Virus record (IMG/VR): IMGVR_UViG_3300037258_001214
Coordinates: 30,376 to 94,375 of that record
Direction: 5' to 3' (one strand)
DNA: 64,000 nucleotides
DNA from: a virus
Both the position numbers and the translations under genes were made by a program. Shown piece after piece: positions 15,569 to 25,070 of this stretch (the first letter of the stretch is position 1; every line of letters starts with the position of its first letter). The notes under the pieces were generated by a model. That model did no database searches. It had not been told where the DNA came from and worked only from the letters and a program-made list of their open reading frames with translations.

Positions 15569-16890
15569 TGCTGGCCGCGCTGCAGGCCAAGGCACTCGAC
15601 GCGGTGCCGCTGTGCACGCACCGGTTCAACATCTTCGAGGGCAGCGTCCGGTCGTCGAAGACGGTGACGTCGCTGCTGCCGTGGCTGGATTTCGTGCGGC
15701 ACGGCCCGAAGGGGCCCCTGCTGATGGTGGGGAAGACCGGGGACACGCTGAAGCGGAACACGATCGACCCGCTGACGGAGATGCTGGGCGCGTCCCGGTG
15801 CGCGCACAACATCGGGACGCGGGAGCTGAAGCTGCTCGGCCGCACGCTGTACCTGGCGTCGGCGAACGATGAGAAAGCGGCGGCGAAGATCGCGGGCCTG
15901 ACGCTGGCGGGGGCGTACGGGGATGAGCTGTCGACGTGGCCGGAGTCGTTCTTCCGGATGCTCGGGTCGCGGCTGTCGCTGCCGGGCGCGAGGATGTTCG
16001 GGACGACGAACCCGGACAACCCGATGCACTGGCTGAAAGCCGGCTATCTGGACCGGGCGAAAGTGCACCTTACCCAGGCCGGTGACGTGCTGGTCTCCGC
16101 TGACCCGGACGCGCTCGACCTGGCCAGGATGTCGTTCGTCCTGGCCGACAACCCGCACCTGCCGCCCGAGTACGTCGCCGCCCTGGCCGCGGAGTACACG
16201 GGCCTGTGGCACCGCAGGTACATCCTCGGCGAGTGGGTGATCGCCGAGGGCGCGGTGTATGACATGTTCGACCTGGCCCGGCATGTCGTCGGCGACTGCC
16301 CGGTGATCAAGCGGTGGATCTGCTGCTCGGTGGACTACGGGACGACGAACCCGTTCCATGCGCTGCTGATCGGCCTCGGCGTCGACAAGCGCTTGTACGT
16401 GGTCGCGGAGTGGCGGTGGGATTCGCGGAAGCGGCGCCAGCAGCTCAGCGACGCCCAGTACTCGGCGAAGCTCCGCGAGTGGCTGGCCAGCGTCCGGTAC
16501 CCGGGTTCGATGCTGCACGGGGTGACACCGGAGCGGATCATCGTGGACCCCTCGGCGGCGTCGTTCCGGGTGCAGCTGTTCCAGGACCGGATGCAGTCCA
16601 TGATGGCCGAGAACGAGGTGCTGGACGGGATCCGGCTGGTGTCGTCGCTGCTGTCGACGGGGCGGCTGCTGATCCACGAGTCGTGCACGGACCTCATCGG
16701 CGAGCTGCAGTCCTACAGCTGGGATGAGAAGGCGGCGGCTAAGGGGGAGGATGTGCCGATCAAGAAGAATGACCACGGCGTGGACGCTCTGCGCTATGGC
16801 ATTTACACGCCGCGCAGCGTGTGGCGGAACCTGATCATCCCGTCCGAGGCGCCCCCGAACTACCAGGATCATTTCGGGGTGCCGCTGTAG
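15568..16890 (+). CDS. terL: Terminase large subunit (PBSX-like)
   Basis: EGSVRSSKT, YGDE, TTNPD, VDYGTTNP, VDPSA, NDHGVDALRY. Confidence 0.96.
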   Translation: MLAALQAKALDAVPLCTHRFNIFEGSVRSSKTVTSLLPWLDFVRHGPKGPLLMVGKTGDTLKRNTIDPLTEMLGASRCAHNIGTRELKLLGRTLYLASANDEKAAAKIAGLTLAGAYGDELSTWPESFFRMLGSRLSLPGARMFGTTNPDNPMHWLKAGYLDRAKVHLTQAGDVLVSADPDALDLARMSFVLADNPHLPPEYVAALAAEYTGLWHRRYILGEWVIAEGAVYDMFDLARHVVGDCPVIKRWICCSVDYGTTNPFHALLIGLGVDKRLYVVAEWRWDSRKRRQQLSDAQYSAKLREWLASVRYPGSMLHGVTPERIIVDPSAASFRVQLFQDRMQSMMAENEVLDGIRLVSSLLSTGRLLIHESCTDLIGELQSYSWDEKAAAKGEDVPIKKNDHGVDALRYGIYTPRSVWRNLIIPSEAPPNYQDHFGVPL

Positions 16891-16898
16891 CGAGCGGC

Positions 16899-16943
16899 TT
16901 GACGGGTGGTAGCACAACCGGCTAGGGTGGTACTACCACCTAG
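16899..16943 (+). promoter_or_regulatory. Moron promoter with palindromic operator
   Basis: TTGACG-18 nt-TAGGGT overlapped by GGTGGTA-C-TACCACC. Confidence 0.65.
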
Positions 16944-16956
16944 AGGGGAGCCCGAG

Positions 16957-17268
16957 ATGCACCGCATAGCAGTCAAGATGCCAGCGGCGGCCGACCACGC
17001 CCCGCTGTCCGTGCTGAACCGGACCGGACGGGGCATCCGCACCACGATCGTCTGCTCGTGCGAGTGGATGCCGGCCAAGGCGCCCGCCGCCGCGTCCACG
17101 ATGAACAACTCGCACATGGCGCACCGCCGCAAGCAGGGAATGCCCCGTGCGGACTACTCGGCCACCGTGTTCGGCGAAGGCCCGTGGATGGGCCTGACGT
17201 GGGATGAGTGGCACGACGCGCACGGCGACGAGAACGTGGACCCCTACACCGGGATGTCCCGTGCCTAA
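16957..17268 (+). CDS. Hypothetical protein
   Basis: GGGGAG RBS; CSCEW and H..H motifs. Confidence 0.7.
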   Translation: MHRIAVKMPAAADHAPLSVLNRTGRGIRTTIVCSCEWMPAKAPAAASTMNNSHMAHRRKQGMPRADYSATVFGEGPWMGLTWDEWHDAHGDENVDPYTGMSRA

Positions 17269-17506
17269 CCAGCATGCCACCAAGCCCAGGGCCGTCCGGT
17301 TGCCGGGCGGCCTTGAGGCGCGCGTGAAGGCAGCTGCGGAAGCGGACGGCGGGACCGTCAACGCCTTCATCGTCGCCGCGATCGAGGAGAAGCTGGAGCG
17401 GCGCGGTAGCACCACCCCGGCCGGCCGGGTAGCACCACCCGCTGTCACCTTCACTGCGCCGCTCGACAGCCCGGATGCCCGTCGCCGGACGGGAGGAACC
17501 AGGTGA
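17261..17506 (+). CDS. Ribbon-helix-helix (Arc/CopG-like) regulator
   Basis: RAVRLPGGLEARVKAAAEADGGTVNAFIVAAIEEKL. Confidence 0.8.
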   Translation: MPNQHATKPRAVRLPGGLEARVKAAAEADGGTVNAFIVAAIEEKLERRGSTTPAGRVAPPAVTFTAPLDSPDARRRTGGTR

Positions 17507-17848
17507 GCCCGTTCCGCAGTCGCCAGCAGCCGCCTCCGCGGCGGCAGCCGCATCCCGACGCGCGCATTGAGGCCGAGTTCCAGCGGATCATCTCGCTGCG
17601 GAAGGCCGTTGCCCGCAAAGAGGGACTCGCCGCGAAGGACCACGAGCAGATCACCGCCATGCGAGAGCAACTCGCGCAGCACCCGACATGGGACCGGGCT
17701 CCGAAGCTGGCGGCAGCAGGTCGATGCGCTCCTGGACGAAGTGGAGGAACTGGACGGCGACGTCACGAAGCTCCACGACGAGATCGCCGCGCGGATCGGC
17801 AAGATTGATGACGCCGACCTGGCGTGGCTGGAAAGCGGTCAGCCATGA
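17503..17848 (+). pseudogene. Coiled-coil protein with +1 frameshift near 17704 (or sequencing error)
   Basis: Removing one A at 17704-17705 joins ...WDRAP to SWRQQVDALLDEVEEL... Confidence 0.6.
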
Positions 17849-18048
17849 TCCCCGCCGAGCTGGACCAGATCCGGGACCGCCTCCGTCCGCACGGCCCGCA
17901 CGTCTGCGATGACCGCTGCACCTGCCCGGTTCACGGCACGCCGCTGATCTACTGGCCAGCGGGGGACGATCACGCCTGCCGGGACATCACCTGCAAGTAC
18001 GGACACGGTGGCGCGCTAGCGCCTGCAGCGGAACCTCCCGCCTCGTAA
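17845..18048 (+). CDS. Small Cys/His-rich protein
   Basis: CDDRCTCPVH...HAC...C..H. Confidence 0.65.
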   Translation: MIPAELDQIRDRLRPHGPHVCDDRCTCPVHGTPLIYWPAGDDHACRDITCKYGHGGALAPAAEPPAS

Positions 18049-18057
18049 GCTACAGCT

Positions 18058-18363
18058 ATGGCCGAACCGCGCGAGCTCATCATCACCGACGACGGGGAAG
18101 CGCTCTTCTCCGGCCATGTCGGCATGCGCGTCCAACTGCCAGCCCAGCAGCTCCGGTGCTCTCCTGACCTCGCCGCCGCGATCCGCGAGCTGGACGCCGC
18201 CGCCGAGCCGGGCCGGCCCTCTCCGTCGCTGCTGATCTTCGGTGCCAGCGAGATCATCGCGGACGAGTCGGTGCTGTCCGGCGACTGGCACCTGGAGCAG
18301 GCCGGCCGCGTGATCCAGACCGGACACCTGGATGCAGCCTCGCTAGACTCGGCCGCCTCGTAA
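18058..18363 (+). CDS. Hypothetical protein, probably leaderless
   Basis: TAAGCT 6 nt before the ATG; flanked by a 16-bp direct repeat. Confidence 0.7.
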   Translation: MAEPRELIITDDGEALFSGHVGMRVQLPAQQLRCSPDLAAAIRELDAAAEPGRPSPSLLIFGASEIIADESVLSGDWHLEQAGRVIQTGHLDAASLDSAAS

Positions 18364-18402
18364 GCTACGATTCACCCAGGACGCCTCAGCCGCGTCCGTC
18401 CC

Positions 18403-18437
18403 GCGCTGCAACAGCGCTCAGATGATCCCGCAACGGG
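18403..18437 (+). promoter_or_regulatory. Late double-hairpin element, copy 3 (before the portal unit)
   Basis: GCGCT-GCAAC-AGCGC ... CCC-GCAAC-GGG. Confidence 0.7.
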
Positions 18438-18455
18438 TGCAAGCCTCACAGGAGA

Positions 18456-18737
18456 TTGCGCCCCGTGCCGGAAACCTTGCCCGCGCCGCCTGATAACAGG
18501 CCGTACGTGCCGATGCACGAGCCCGGGCATGAGATCCGCACGCTATCCCTCGACGGCACCCGCAAGCACCGGTGGAAGCAGGTCGGCTGGCAGGGCCAGA
18601 CCGGCGCCATCTACGGCCTCGGCGAGAAGCCGCAGCTGCACGAGCCGGGATCGTTCTCGCCGCTCTACGTGATGGTCGATTCTGACTACGTAGAGCTTCC
18701 CTCTGAGCTTTCGAGGGGAGGTGATGCAGCGGAATGA
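18456..18737 (+). CDS. Hypothetical protein
   Basis: AGGAG RBS, coupled to the portal gene. Confidence 0.65.
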   Translation: MRPVPETLPAPPDNRPYVPMHEPGHEIRTLSLDGTRKHRWKQVGWQGQTGAIYGLGEKPQLHEPGSFSPLYVMVDSDYVELPSELSRGGDAAE

Positions 18738-20550
18738 GTATGCCTTTCGTCCAGCCGTCAGCCATGCCGACCGGCTCCGCCACGCTCGGAGCACCGATCG
18801 GCCTGTCATCGACGCAGCCCATCGACGACCGCCAGATGTCCATGCTTCCCGTGGGCAGCCAGCCATGGCCGCCACCGCAATACGATCCGGTCAGCTACCA
18901 GCACCGGATCTGGAATGCGTGGTGGACCGGGGACCGCCAGATGCTGGCATGGGTTTATTACAACCTCGGAGCCAATTCGCCCTACGGTCGCGCTTTCTTT
19001 GCCACTACCGGTGAAAAGGGAATGCCGATGCCGCGCCCTGGCCAGTACAGGGGCGGCTTGCTGGGCAGTATTGAATACTCGTTCTGGTTAAGTGAGGCGA
19101 GCCCGTACCCCCAGGGGAGAAGCGCACCCGCCTGCACGTCCCCATCGCCGGCGACATCGCGCAGACCTCCGCGTCGCTGCTGTTCTCCTCGCCGCCCGAG
19201 CTGAAGACGACGCTCACCGGGCCGGAGGGCGTCGCGAACCAGGCGTGGCTCAATGCCCTGATCGACGACGGCTTCCACACGCGGCTCCTGGAGGGCGGCG
19301 AGATGTGCGCGGGACTCGGCGGGGTGTACCTGCGGATCGTGTGGGACACCTCGGTCAGTGACAAGCCCTGGATCCAGCCGGTCTCCGCTGATGTCGCGGT
19401 GCCGCAGTTCGCCTACGACAAGCTCCGGTCGGCGACGTTCTGGCGGGTGCTGGAGGATAACGGATCGGACGTGGTCCGGCACCTGGAGATGCACGCGCCC
19501 GGTCAGAACCAGGTCATCCACGGTGTCTACTCCGGCGGCCAGTCCGACCTCGGCGAGATCGTCCCCATGTCCGATTTCCCGGCCACTGCGCGGATCTTCG
19601 CCGACCTGCAGGGCGACACGCTGAACCTGCCCAACCTGCCGTTCGACGCGTCCACGGTCACCTACATCCCGAACCTGAAGCCCAACAGGATCTGGCGGGA
19701 CCTCGGCCCGGAGCTGTGGCCGCTGGGCCGGTCGGATTTCCAGGGCGTCGAGCCGCTGATGGACGCCCTGGACCACACCTACTCGAACTGGATGCGGGAC
19801 ATCGACCTGGCGGCCATGCGCCTCATCGTCCCGGCCGAGTACCTGGACAATATCGGGAGGGGAAAAGGGGCGGTTTTCGAGCCTGACCGCCGCGTGTTCA
19901 CGCCCCTGTCGATGCTCCACGACGGAGGCGGCGCGCCGTCGATCACCGCCAACCAGTTCGCGATCCGCTGGCGGGAACATTCCGAGACCTGCCAGGACCT
20001 GGCCAACCGCATCGTCCAGGAAGCCGGGTACAGCGCTCAGTCCTTCGGCGACTACCAGGGCAACGCCCCGACCGCGACGGAGATCGAGGCCCGGGAGCGC
20101 ACCAGCCTGATGACCCGGAAGAAGAAGATCCTGTACTGGCGGCCGTCGCTCCAGGACGCCATCTACTCGCTGATGTGCGTGGCCAGGCTGTACTTCGGCG
20201 CGTCCGCGATCACGCCGGAACGGCCGGATATCAACTTCCCCGCCGTGGCGCTCCCCGACGAGCAGGCCCTGGCGCAGACCGTGGCCACGCTGGCAGGCGC
20301 CGAGGCTGCGTCGAAGGCCACCTTGGTCGCGATGGCGCACCCGGAGTGGACGAAAGAAGAAGTCAACGCGGAGGTCCAGCAGATCCGCGCTGAGATCGGC
20401 ACCGAGCTGGCCGCGCACGCGAAGATCGCGCTGGCCCAGCCGCCGGGGACGTCGATCCAGGAGATGGAGGCGGGGCTGGAGCAGATGGCCCCGGTCACCG
20501 ACGACACGGGTGCAGATGAGGGTACCGGCGACCAGGAAGGCGGTTCGTGA
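18734..20550 (+). pseudogene. Portal protein (SPP1/A118-like) interrupted by an 8-nt insertion at 19088-19095
   Basis: RLHVPIAGDIA..SA.LLF, YIPNL, LGRSDF.G, ATEI motifs; joining 18734-19087 to 19096-20550 gives 602 aa. Confidence 0.88.
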
Positions 20551-20930
20551 TGGCAGATCACTATGACCCGGCGCAGGCGCGGGACAATCGCGGCGAGTGG
20601 ACCAGCGGCGCGGGCGCGGTGGCGAGGAACGTCACCGGGAGGGGCGGCGGCCGGAAGGCGGCAGGCCCCCCGAAGGTGAAGAACCCCGGCGGCCGGAACA
20701 TGTACGCGCGGGACGACACCCCCGAGTACCAGAAGCGCGAGGGCACCAAGCCGAACATCCACGTTCCGGAGCCGGCTCCGGCGTCGGCGCGGCGCGCCCC
20801 GGCGGGCAGCAGGACGGCCAAGCCCGCTAAGCCGGCCCGCCCGGCCCGGCCGCCGAAGGCCAGGTTCGCCTCGCACGGCACCGGCGCCGCGTCGCAGTCC
20901 GGCGGTCCCGGGCCGGTCATCCCGAAGTGA
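20550..20930 (+). CDS. Basic low-complexity protein with YDPAQARDNRGEWT motif
   Basis: Motif like those of phage head-associated proteins; coupled to the portal gene. Confidence 0.65.
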   Translation: MADHYDPAQARDNRGEWTSGAGAVARNVTGRGGGRKAAGPPKVKNPGGRNMYARDDTPEYQKREGTKPNIHVPEPAPASARRAPAGSRTAKPAKPARPARPPKARFASHGTGAASQSGGPGPVIPK

Positions 20931-20937
20931 GGCCGCC

Positions 20938-21246
20938 ATGGGCACGCTGAACGGCAAGCAGCGCAAGGCGCTCCCGAGGGACAGCTTCGCGCTCCCGGGC
21001 GGCGGCCCGGCGGGCGCGGACGCCTACCCGCTGGCCGGGCCGGACGGCCGGCCGTCGCAGGCGCACGCCGTGGCTGCGCTGGCCCGGGTCGCGAAGAACG
21101 GCACCCCGGCGGAGAAGCGCGAGGTACGCGCCGCGGTGCGGAAGAAGTTCCCGGGCCTGCCGAGCTCGCAGGGCAACGGCGGCAGCCAGGCGGCCGCGCA
21201 CAACCAGCGGGTGGACCGGCGGGCCGGGAAGAGCAGGGCCTCGTGA
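20938..21246 (+). CDS. DUF6582-like phage head-region protein
   Basis: L..KQRKALP.DSFALP...YPL...HA.AALAR. Confidence 0.7.
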   Translation: MGTLNGKQRKALPRDSFALPGGGPAGADAYPLAGPDGRPSQAHAVAALARVAKNGTPAEKREVRAAVRKKFPGLPSSQGNGGSQAAAHNQRVDRRAGKSRAS

Positions 21247-21524
21247 GCGTCCTCGGCAGGCCCGCGAGCCAGCCTGACAAGCCCGCGACGAAGACCGCCT
21301 CGTCGCCGTCGTCCTACCGGATCGTCGAGGAGGGCCGCAGGTACTGGAGCGACCGCCCGACGAGCACGGGCAAGACCGCCGGGATCGCGTTCGGGACACC
21401 GGGCTCGTTCACGGAGTGCGTTGACCGCACGACCCCGCACCTCGGCGGGGGCGCCAAGGGTTACTGCGCTGAGCGCTACCACGATGCCACGGGCACGTGG
21501 CCGGGCCGGCATGGAGGCAAGTGA
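21243..21524 (+). CDS. Conserved actinophage head-region protein
   Basis: YW...I.FGTPGSFTECV....HLG..AKGYCA.RY..ATG.WPG. Confidence 0.7.
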   Translation: MSVLGRPASQPDKPATKTASSPSSYRIVEEGRRYWSDRPTSTGKTAGIAFGTPGSFTECVDRTTPHLGGGAKGYCAERYHDATGTWPGRHGGK

Positions 21525-21724
21525 TGGCACCGAAGGCACCCAGGCCCAGGAAGGCGCCGAAGGGCAAGAAGGGCGCAGCGAAGCCCGCGGCGTCCTCATC
21601 GGCTCCGCCGCAGTCGGCACCGGCCGACGCGAAGGCCAACGGGTGGAAGCCGCCGTTCCCCGGTGCTAAGCCCCCGTTCAAGGAGCCCGCGGCGAATCCG
21701 GGCAAGAAGGACAGGGGCAAGTGA
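21524..21724 (+). CDS. Lys/Pro/Ala-rich small protein
   Basis: GGAGG RBS, coupled to neighbours. Confidence 0.6.
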   Translation: MAPKAPRPRKAPKGKKGAAKPAASSSAPPQSAPADAKANGWKPPFPGAKPPFKEPAANPGKKDRGK

Positions 21725-21996
21725 CGGCCACGCTCACGCACACTTTCACGCAGACCCACAACGTCATCAAGCTGGCGAACCCGTTCCTTGCGTGCGGGAC
21801 GTGCGGGAAGTGCGTCGAGGCGCGCCACGATGACCGCTGCGGCTGTGATGATGAGGGCCCGCTTCTCCTGTTCCCGTGCTGCCACCGCGGCGAGTACCGG
21901 GACCTGTGCCCATCGTGGAGTCCGGTCGACGGCTGCACCTGCCTGAAGGTCCTCGGCCACGTCCCGCACCCCGCCGAACTGCCGAGGGGCGCGTGA
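21721..21996 (+). CDS. Cys-rich hypothetical protein
   Basis: CPSWSPVDGCTC motif. Confidence 0.65.
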   Translation: MTATLTHTFTQTHNVIKLANPFLACGTCGKCVEARHDDRCGCDDEGPLLLFPCCHRGEYRDLCPSWSPVDGCTCLKVLGHVPHPAELPRGA

Positions 21997-22220
21997 TGGC
22001 CGACCGCGTAACCATCGTCCTCGCCAGCGACGACGCCGCCGAGACCCGCGACTGCTCGTTCACCGTCGATGACTACGACAAGCGCACGGACCCGGACGTC
22101 TACGGAGATCTGGACGCCTACCTCGACCAGCGTGCCTACCCGAAGCTGCGCGCCGAGTGGCGTCCCGACTTCCACGAGGTCTCGCGGCATGTCGAGCGCG
22201 GGGTGATCTCCGTTGGCTGA
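21996..22220 (+). CDS. Hypothetical protein
   Basis: TGATG coupling. Confidence 0.6.
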   Translation: MADRVTIVLASDDAAETRDCSFTVDDYDKRTDPDVYGDLDAYLDQRAYPKLRAEWRPDFHEVSRHVERGVISVG

Positions 22221-22455
22221 CAAGGCAGTCCCGTCCCTGGGCAACACCGGGCCCCGCGACTTCTCCGCCCAGTTGCACTCCAACTTCACCGCCCCGGTAC
22301 CTCAGCCTCACATCACAGTGCACATCTACCTCTCCGATGAGGAAGCAGCGAAGGTGAGCCCGGCTGACGTATCCGCAGCGGTAGGCGAGCTGCTGGCCCG
22401 GCTCGGGGTGGATCAGGGCCAGGTCGACGTGTCCGGGCCGGAGCGTGCCGGGTGA
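22213..22455 (+). CDS. Hypothetical protein
   Basis: Overlapping operon member. Confidence 0.5.
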   Translation: MADKAVPSLGNTGPRDFSAQLHSNFTAPVPQPHITVHIYLSDEEAAKVSPADVSAAVGELLARLGVDQGQVDVSGPERAG

Positions 22456-22727
22456 AGCCGAGCGCAGGCGTGATGAAGGTCGGCGCGACGGCCGCCGGCT
22501 CGCGGCCGGTCACCGTCGAGTTCGACGCCGGCGACCAGAATCCGGTGGAGATCTACGAGGCGTTCGAGCGGATGCTTGCCGCGTGGCCTGACGCCAGGGT
22601 GCCGCTCAAGCGCGGCGCGGCCAAGGGCACCGTCTGCGGCTGCGGTGCCGATCACGGCGGATGGGTGTGCAGCCACTGCACGGTGCCGGATGCAGTGGCC
22701 CGGACCCTATCGGAGCCGCAGCCGTGA
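22452..22727 (+). CDS. Hypothetical protein with C-terminal Zn ribbon
   Basis: CGCG...CSHC. Confidence 0.6.
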   Translation: MKPSAGVMKVGATAAGSRPVTVEFDAGDQNPVEIYEAFERMLAAWPDARVPLKRGAAKGTVCGCGADHGGWVCSHCTVPDAVARTLSEPQP

Positions 22728-23998
22728 ACGCGCAGCCCGCACCCGCTGCAGCCGACCGCGCGCCCGCGTCGGACCTGATCGCCACCCTGCGGGAGAAAGC
22801 CCCCCGCGCGGCGATGACCCTGGCAGCCGCCCAACTCGCGTGGCCCGCTACCGCGCGGGTCCGTTCCTGGGCCCGCGACCGGTCTACCTACACGGTCAAG
22901 GTCCACGGCACGGACGGCATCTACGACGACCTGCACGAGTGGGTGCTGTCCCTGCTGGCCCCGAAGGAACAGCGGGCCCTGGTGGCGTGGTCGACCAGGC
23001 GCGGGATGCTCATGGAAGCCCCCGTCAGCGGCCGGGCATCCGAGCCGCCGCCCCCGCCGCTTCGCCTGCGGTACGACGGCACCCGCGAGCAGGCCATCGC
23101 CGTGGGCGGCCACAAGATCCGCGTCGTCGTGGCCGAGCACGCCAGCAGCGATGAGGAGCGGTGGAAGCCGCCCGAGATCGTGTTCACCGCCCGGTCGGCC
23201 GCCGCGCGCTCGGCGCTGCTGCGCGAGATCGAGGGCGTGCTGCGCCGCAGCCGCCAGTCCGAGCGGAAGCCCTCGTTCCGGATGCTGGACAAGTGGGGCG
23301 ACTGGGAGAAGCTCGACGACCTGCCGCCGCGCACCCTGGACAGCGTGATCCTGCCGGACGGCCAGCTTGAGCGGCTGACCGCCGACGTGGCCCGGTTCCT
23401 GGCCGCCGAGCAGGACTACGTGCGCCGCTGCGTCCCGTGGCATCGCGGCTACCTGTTCGAGGGACCGCCCGGCACCGGCAAGACGTCCGTGGCCCGGGCC
23501 ATCGCCAGCCACTTCGGGATGGACGTGTGGTACCTCCCGCTGGCCGACGTCCGCAAGGACGCCGAGCTGCTGCGGGTCGCCACCCGGATCGGCCCGCGCT
23601 CCATGCTGCTGCTGGAAGACGCCGACGTGTTCCATGCCGCCACGAAGAGGGACGACGACAGCCCCGACAAGGTGACGCTCTCCGGGCTGCTCAACACGCT
23701 GGACGGCATCGCCACCCCGCACGGCCTGCTCACCGTGCTGACGACGAACCGGCCCGGAGCGCTCGACGACGCGGTGACCAGGGCCGGGCGGATCGACCTG
23801 ACCGAGCACTTCGGCCTCGCCGATGCCAGGCAGGTCGAGCAGCTCATCAGGCGCTGGTACGAGCGCGGCGCGATCGGGCCCGGTGGCATCCCTGAGATTT
23901 CCGGTATCGCCCCGGCCGACGTGATCGAGGCGTGCAAGCGCCACGACGACCCGGCGCACGCGATCGGCCAGCTACTCACCCTGGAGCCGCAGCCATGA
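22724..23998 (+). CDS. BCS1-like AAA+ ATPase
   Basis: HRGYLFEGPPGTGKTS, LLEDAD, KVTLSGLLNTLDG, TTN, RAGRID. Confidence 0.9.
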   Translation: MNAQPAPAAADRAPASDLIATLREKAPRAAMTLAAAQLAWPATARVRSWARDRSTYTVKVHGTDGIYDDLHEWVLSLLAPKEQRALVAWSTRRGMLMEAPVSGRASEPPPPPLRLRYDGTREQAIAVGGHKIRVVVAEHASSDEERWKPPEIVFTARSAAARSALLREIEGVLRRSRQSERKPSFRMLDKWGDWEKLDDLPPRTLDSVILPDGQLERLTADVARFLAAEQDYVRRCVPWHRGYLFEGPPGTGKTSVARAIASHFGMDVWYLPLADVRKDAELLRVATRIGPRSMLLLEDADVFHAATKRDDDSPDKVTLSGLLNTLDGIATPHGLLTVLTTNRPGALDDAVTRAGRIDLTEHFGLADARQVEQLIRRWYERGAIGPGGIPEISGIAPADVIEACKRHDDPAHAIGQLLTLEPQP

Positions 23999-24552
23999 CC
24001 GCGATCGACTACGACACCGAGTTCATCGAGTCGGGTCCAGCGTCGCCGATCCTGGCGCTGTCGATCGGGATGATCCGCGACGACGGCGCGACCTACTACG
24101 CGGTGGTCGACGACCGCGACGCGATCACGCTGGCGCTAATGAACCCGTGGCTTGCCGAAAACGTCATCCCGTCTCTCCCGGTCCAGTTCTTCGTCGGCGG
24201 GCAGCGGTGGACCTGGGCCACCGGCCACCCCGACTACAGCGCGGTCAAGCCCCGGCGTCAGATCGCGGCCGAGGTCGCGGAGTTCATCACCAGCACGCCC
24301 GACGTGGAGCTGTGGGCCGACTACTGCGCCTACGACCATGTGGTCCTGGCCCAGCTGTTCGGCCGCATGACCGACCTGCCCAGCGGCGTGCCGATGTGGA
24401 CGCACGACCTCCGGCAGGAATGGGACCGCCTCGGCCGGCCCGGCCTGCCGTCGCTGTCGGGGATCACCGAGCACAACGCCCTCGACGATGCCCGCGAGTG
24501 CCAGTTCCGGCGCCGCTGGCTGGCCAGCCGCCAGGAAGAAGGCACCCCATGA
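23995..24552 (+). CDS. 3'-5' exoribonuclease, Rv2179c/RNase AS-like DEDDh
   Basis: YDTEFIE, SIGM, WA...AYDHVVLAQLFG, HNALDDAR. Confidence 0.9.
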   Translation: MTAIDYDTEFIESGPASPILALSIGMIRDDGATYYAVVDDRDAITLALMNPWLAENVIPSLPVQFFVGGQRWTWATGHPDYSAVKPRRQIAAEVAEFITSTPDVELWADYCAYDHVVLAQLFGRMTDLPSGVPMWTHDLRQEWDRLGRPGLPSLSGITEHNALDDARECQFRRRWLASRQEEGTP

Positions 24553-25067
24553 TGCACCCCTCAGAGAACCTGGTCCGGCGCGCGGAGTCGTTCGCCGAGA
24601 TCTGCATCTGCACCCCGGTCCGCATGGTCCGCGGCTGCCCCCGTCATTCCCCAGGCGATTCCGGAACCCCGGAATCGCACCACCACATGTTGATCCGCAT
24701 CATCGAGAACCAGGAGAAGATCATGACTGAGCTTTCGCAGGCCCAGACCGACATCAACACCGCCGTGGAGGTGGTCACCGGACTGCTGACCGACGTCGGG
24801 GACAAGCTGGCCGACGTCAACACCCAGCTCGGCACCCTGGCCACCGACCTGCTGGCTATCCAGCAGCAGATCGCCAACGGCCAGCCGGTCGACACGAGCG
24901 CGCTGAACACCATGGTCGGCAACGTCGCAGCCGTCCAGGCGAGCCTCGACAGCACGAGCGCGGCGCTGGACACGGCGGTCGCGAACGTGACCGCTGTCGC
25001 CAGCCCGCCCGCCCCGGCTGTCCCGGCCGAGCCCGTTGCCGGCGGCGACACCGGAAGCGCCAGCTAG
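24549..25067 (+). CDS. Coiled-coil hypothetical protein (alternative start 24722)
   Basis: Heptad-rich acidic helix; GGAG before ATG 24722. Confidence 0.6.
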   Translation: MMHPSENLVRRAESFAEICICTPVRMVRGCPRHSPGDSGTPESHHHMLIRIIENQEKIMTELSQAQTDINTAVEVVTGLLTDVGDKLADVNTQLGTLATDLLAIQQQIANGQPVDTSALNTMVGNVAAVQASLDSTSAALDTAVANVTAVASPPAPAVPAEPVAGGDTGSAS

Positions 25068-25070
25068 GCC

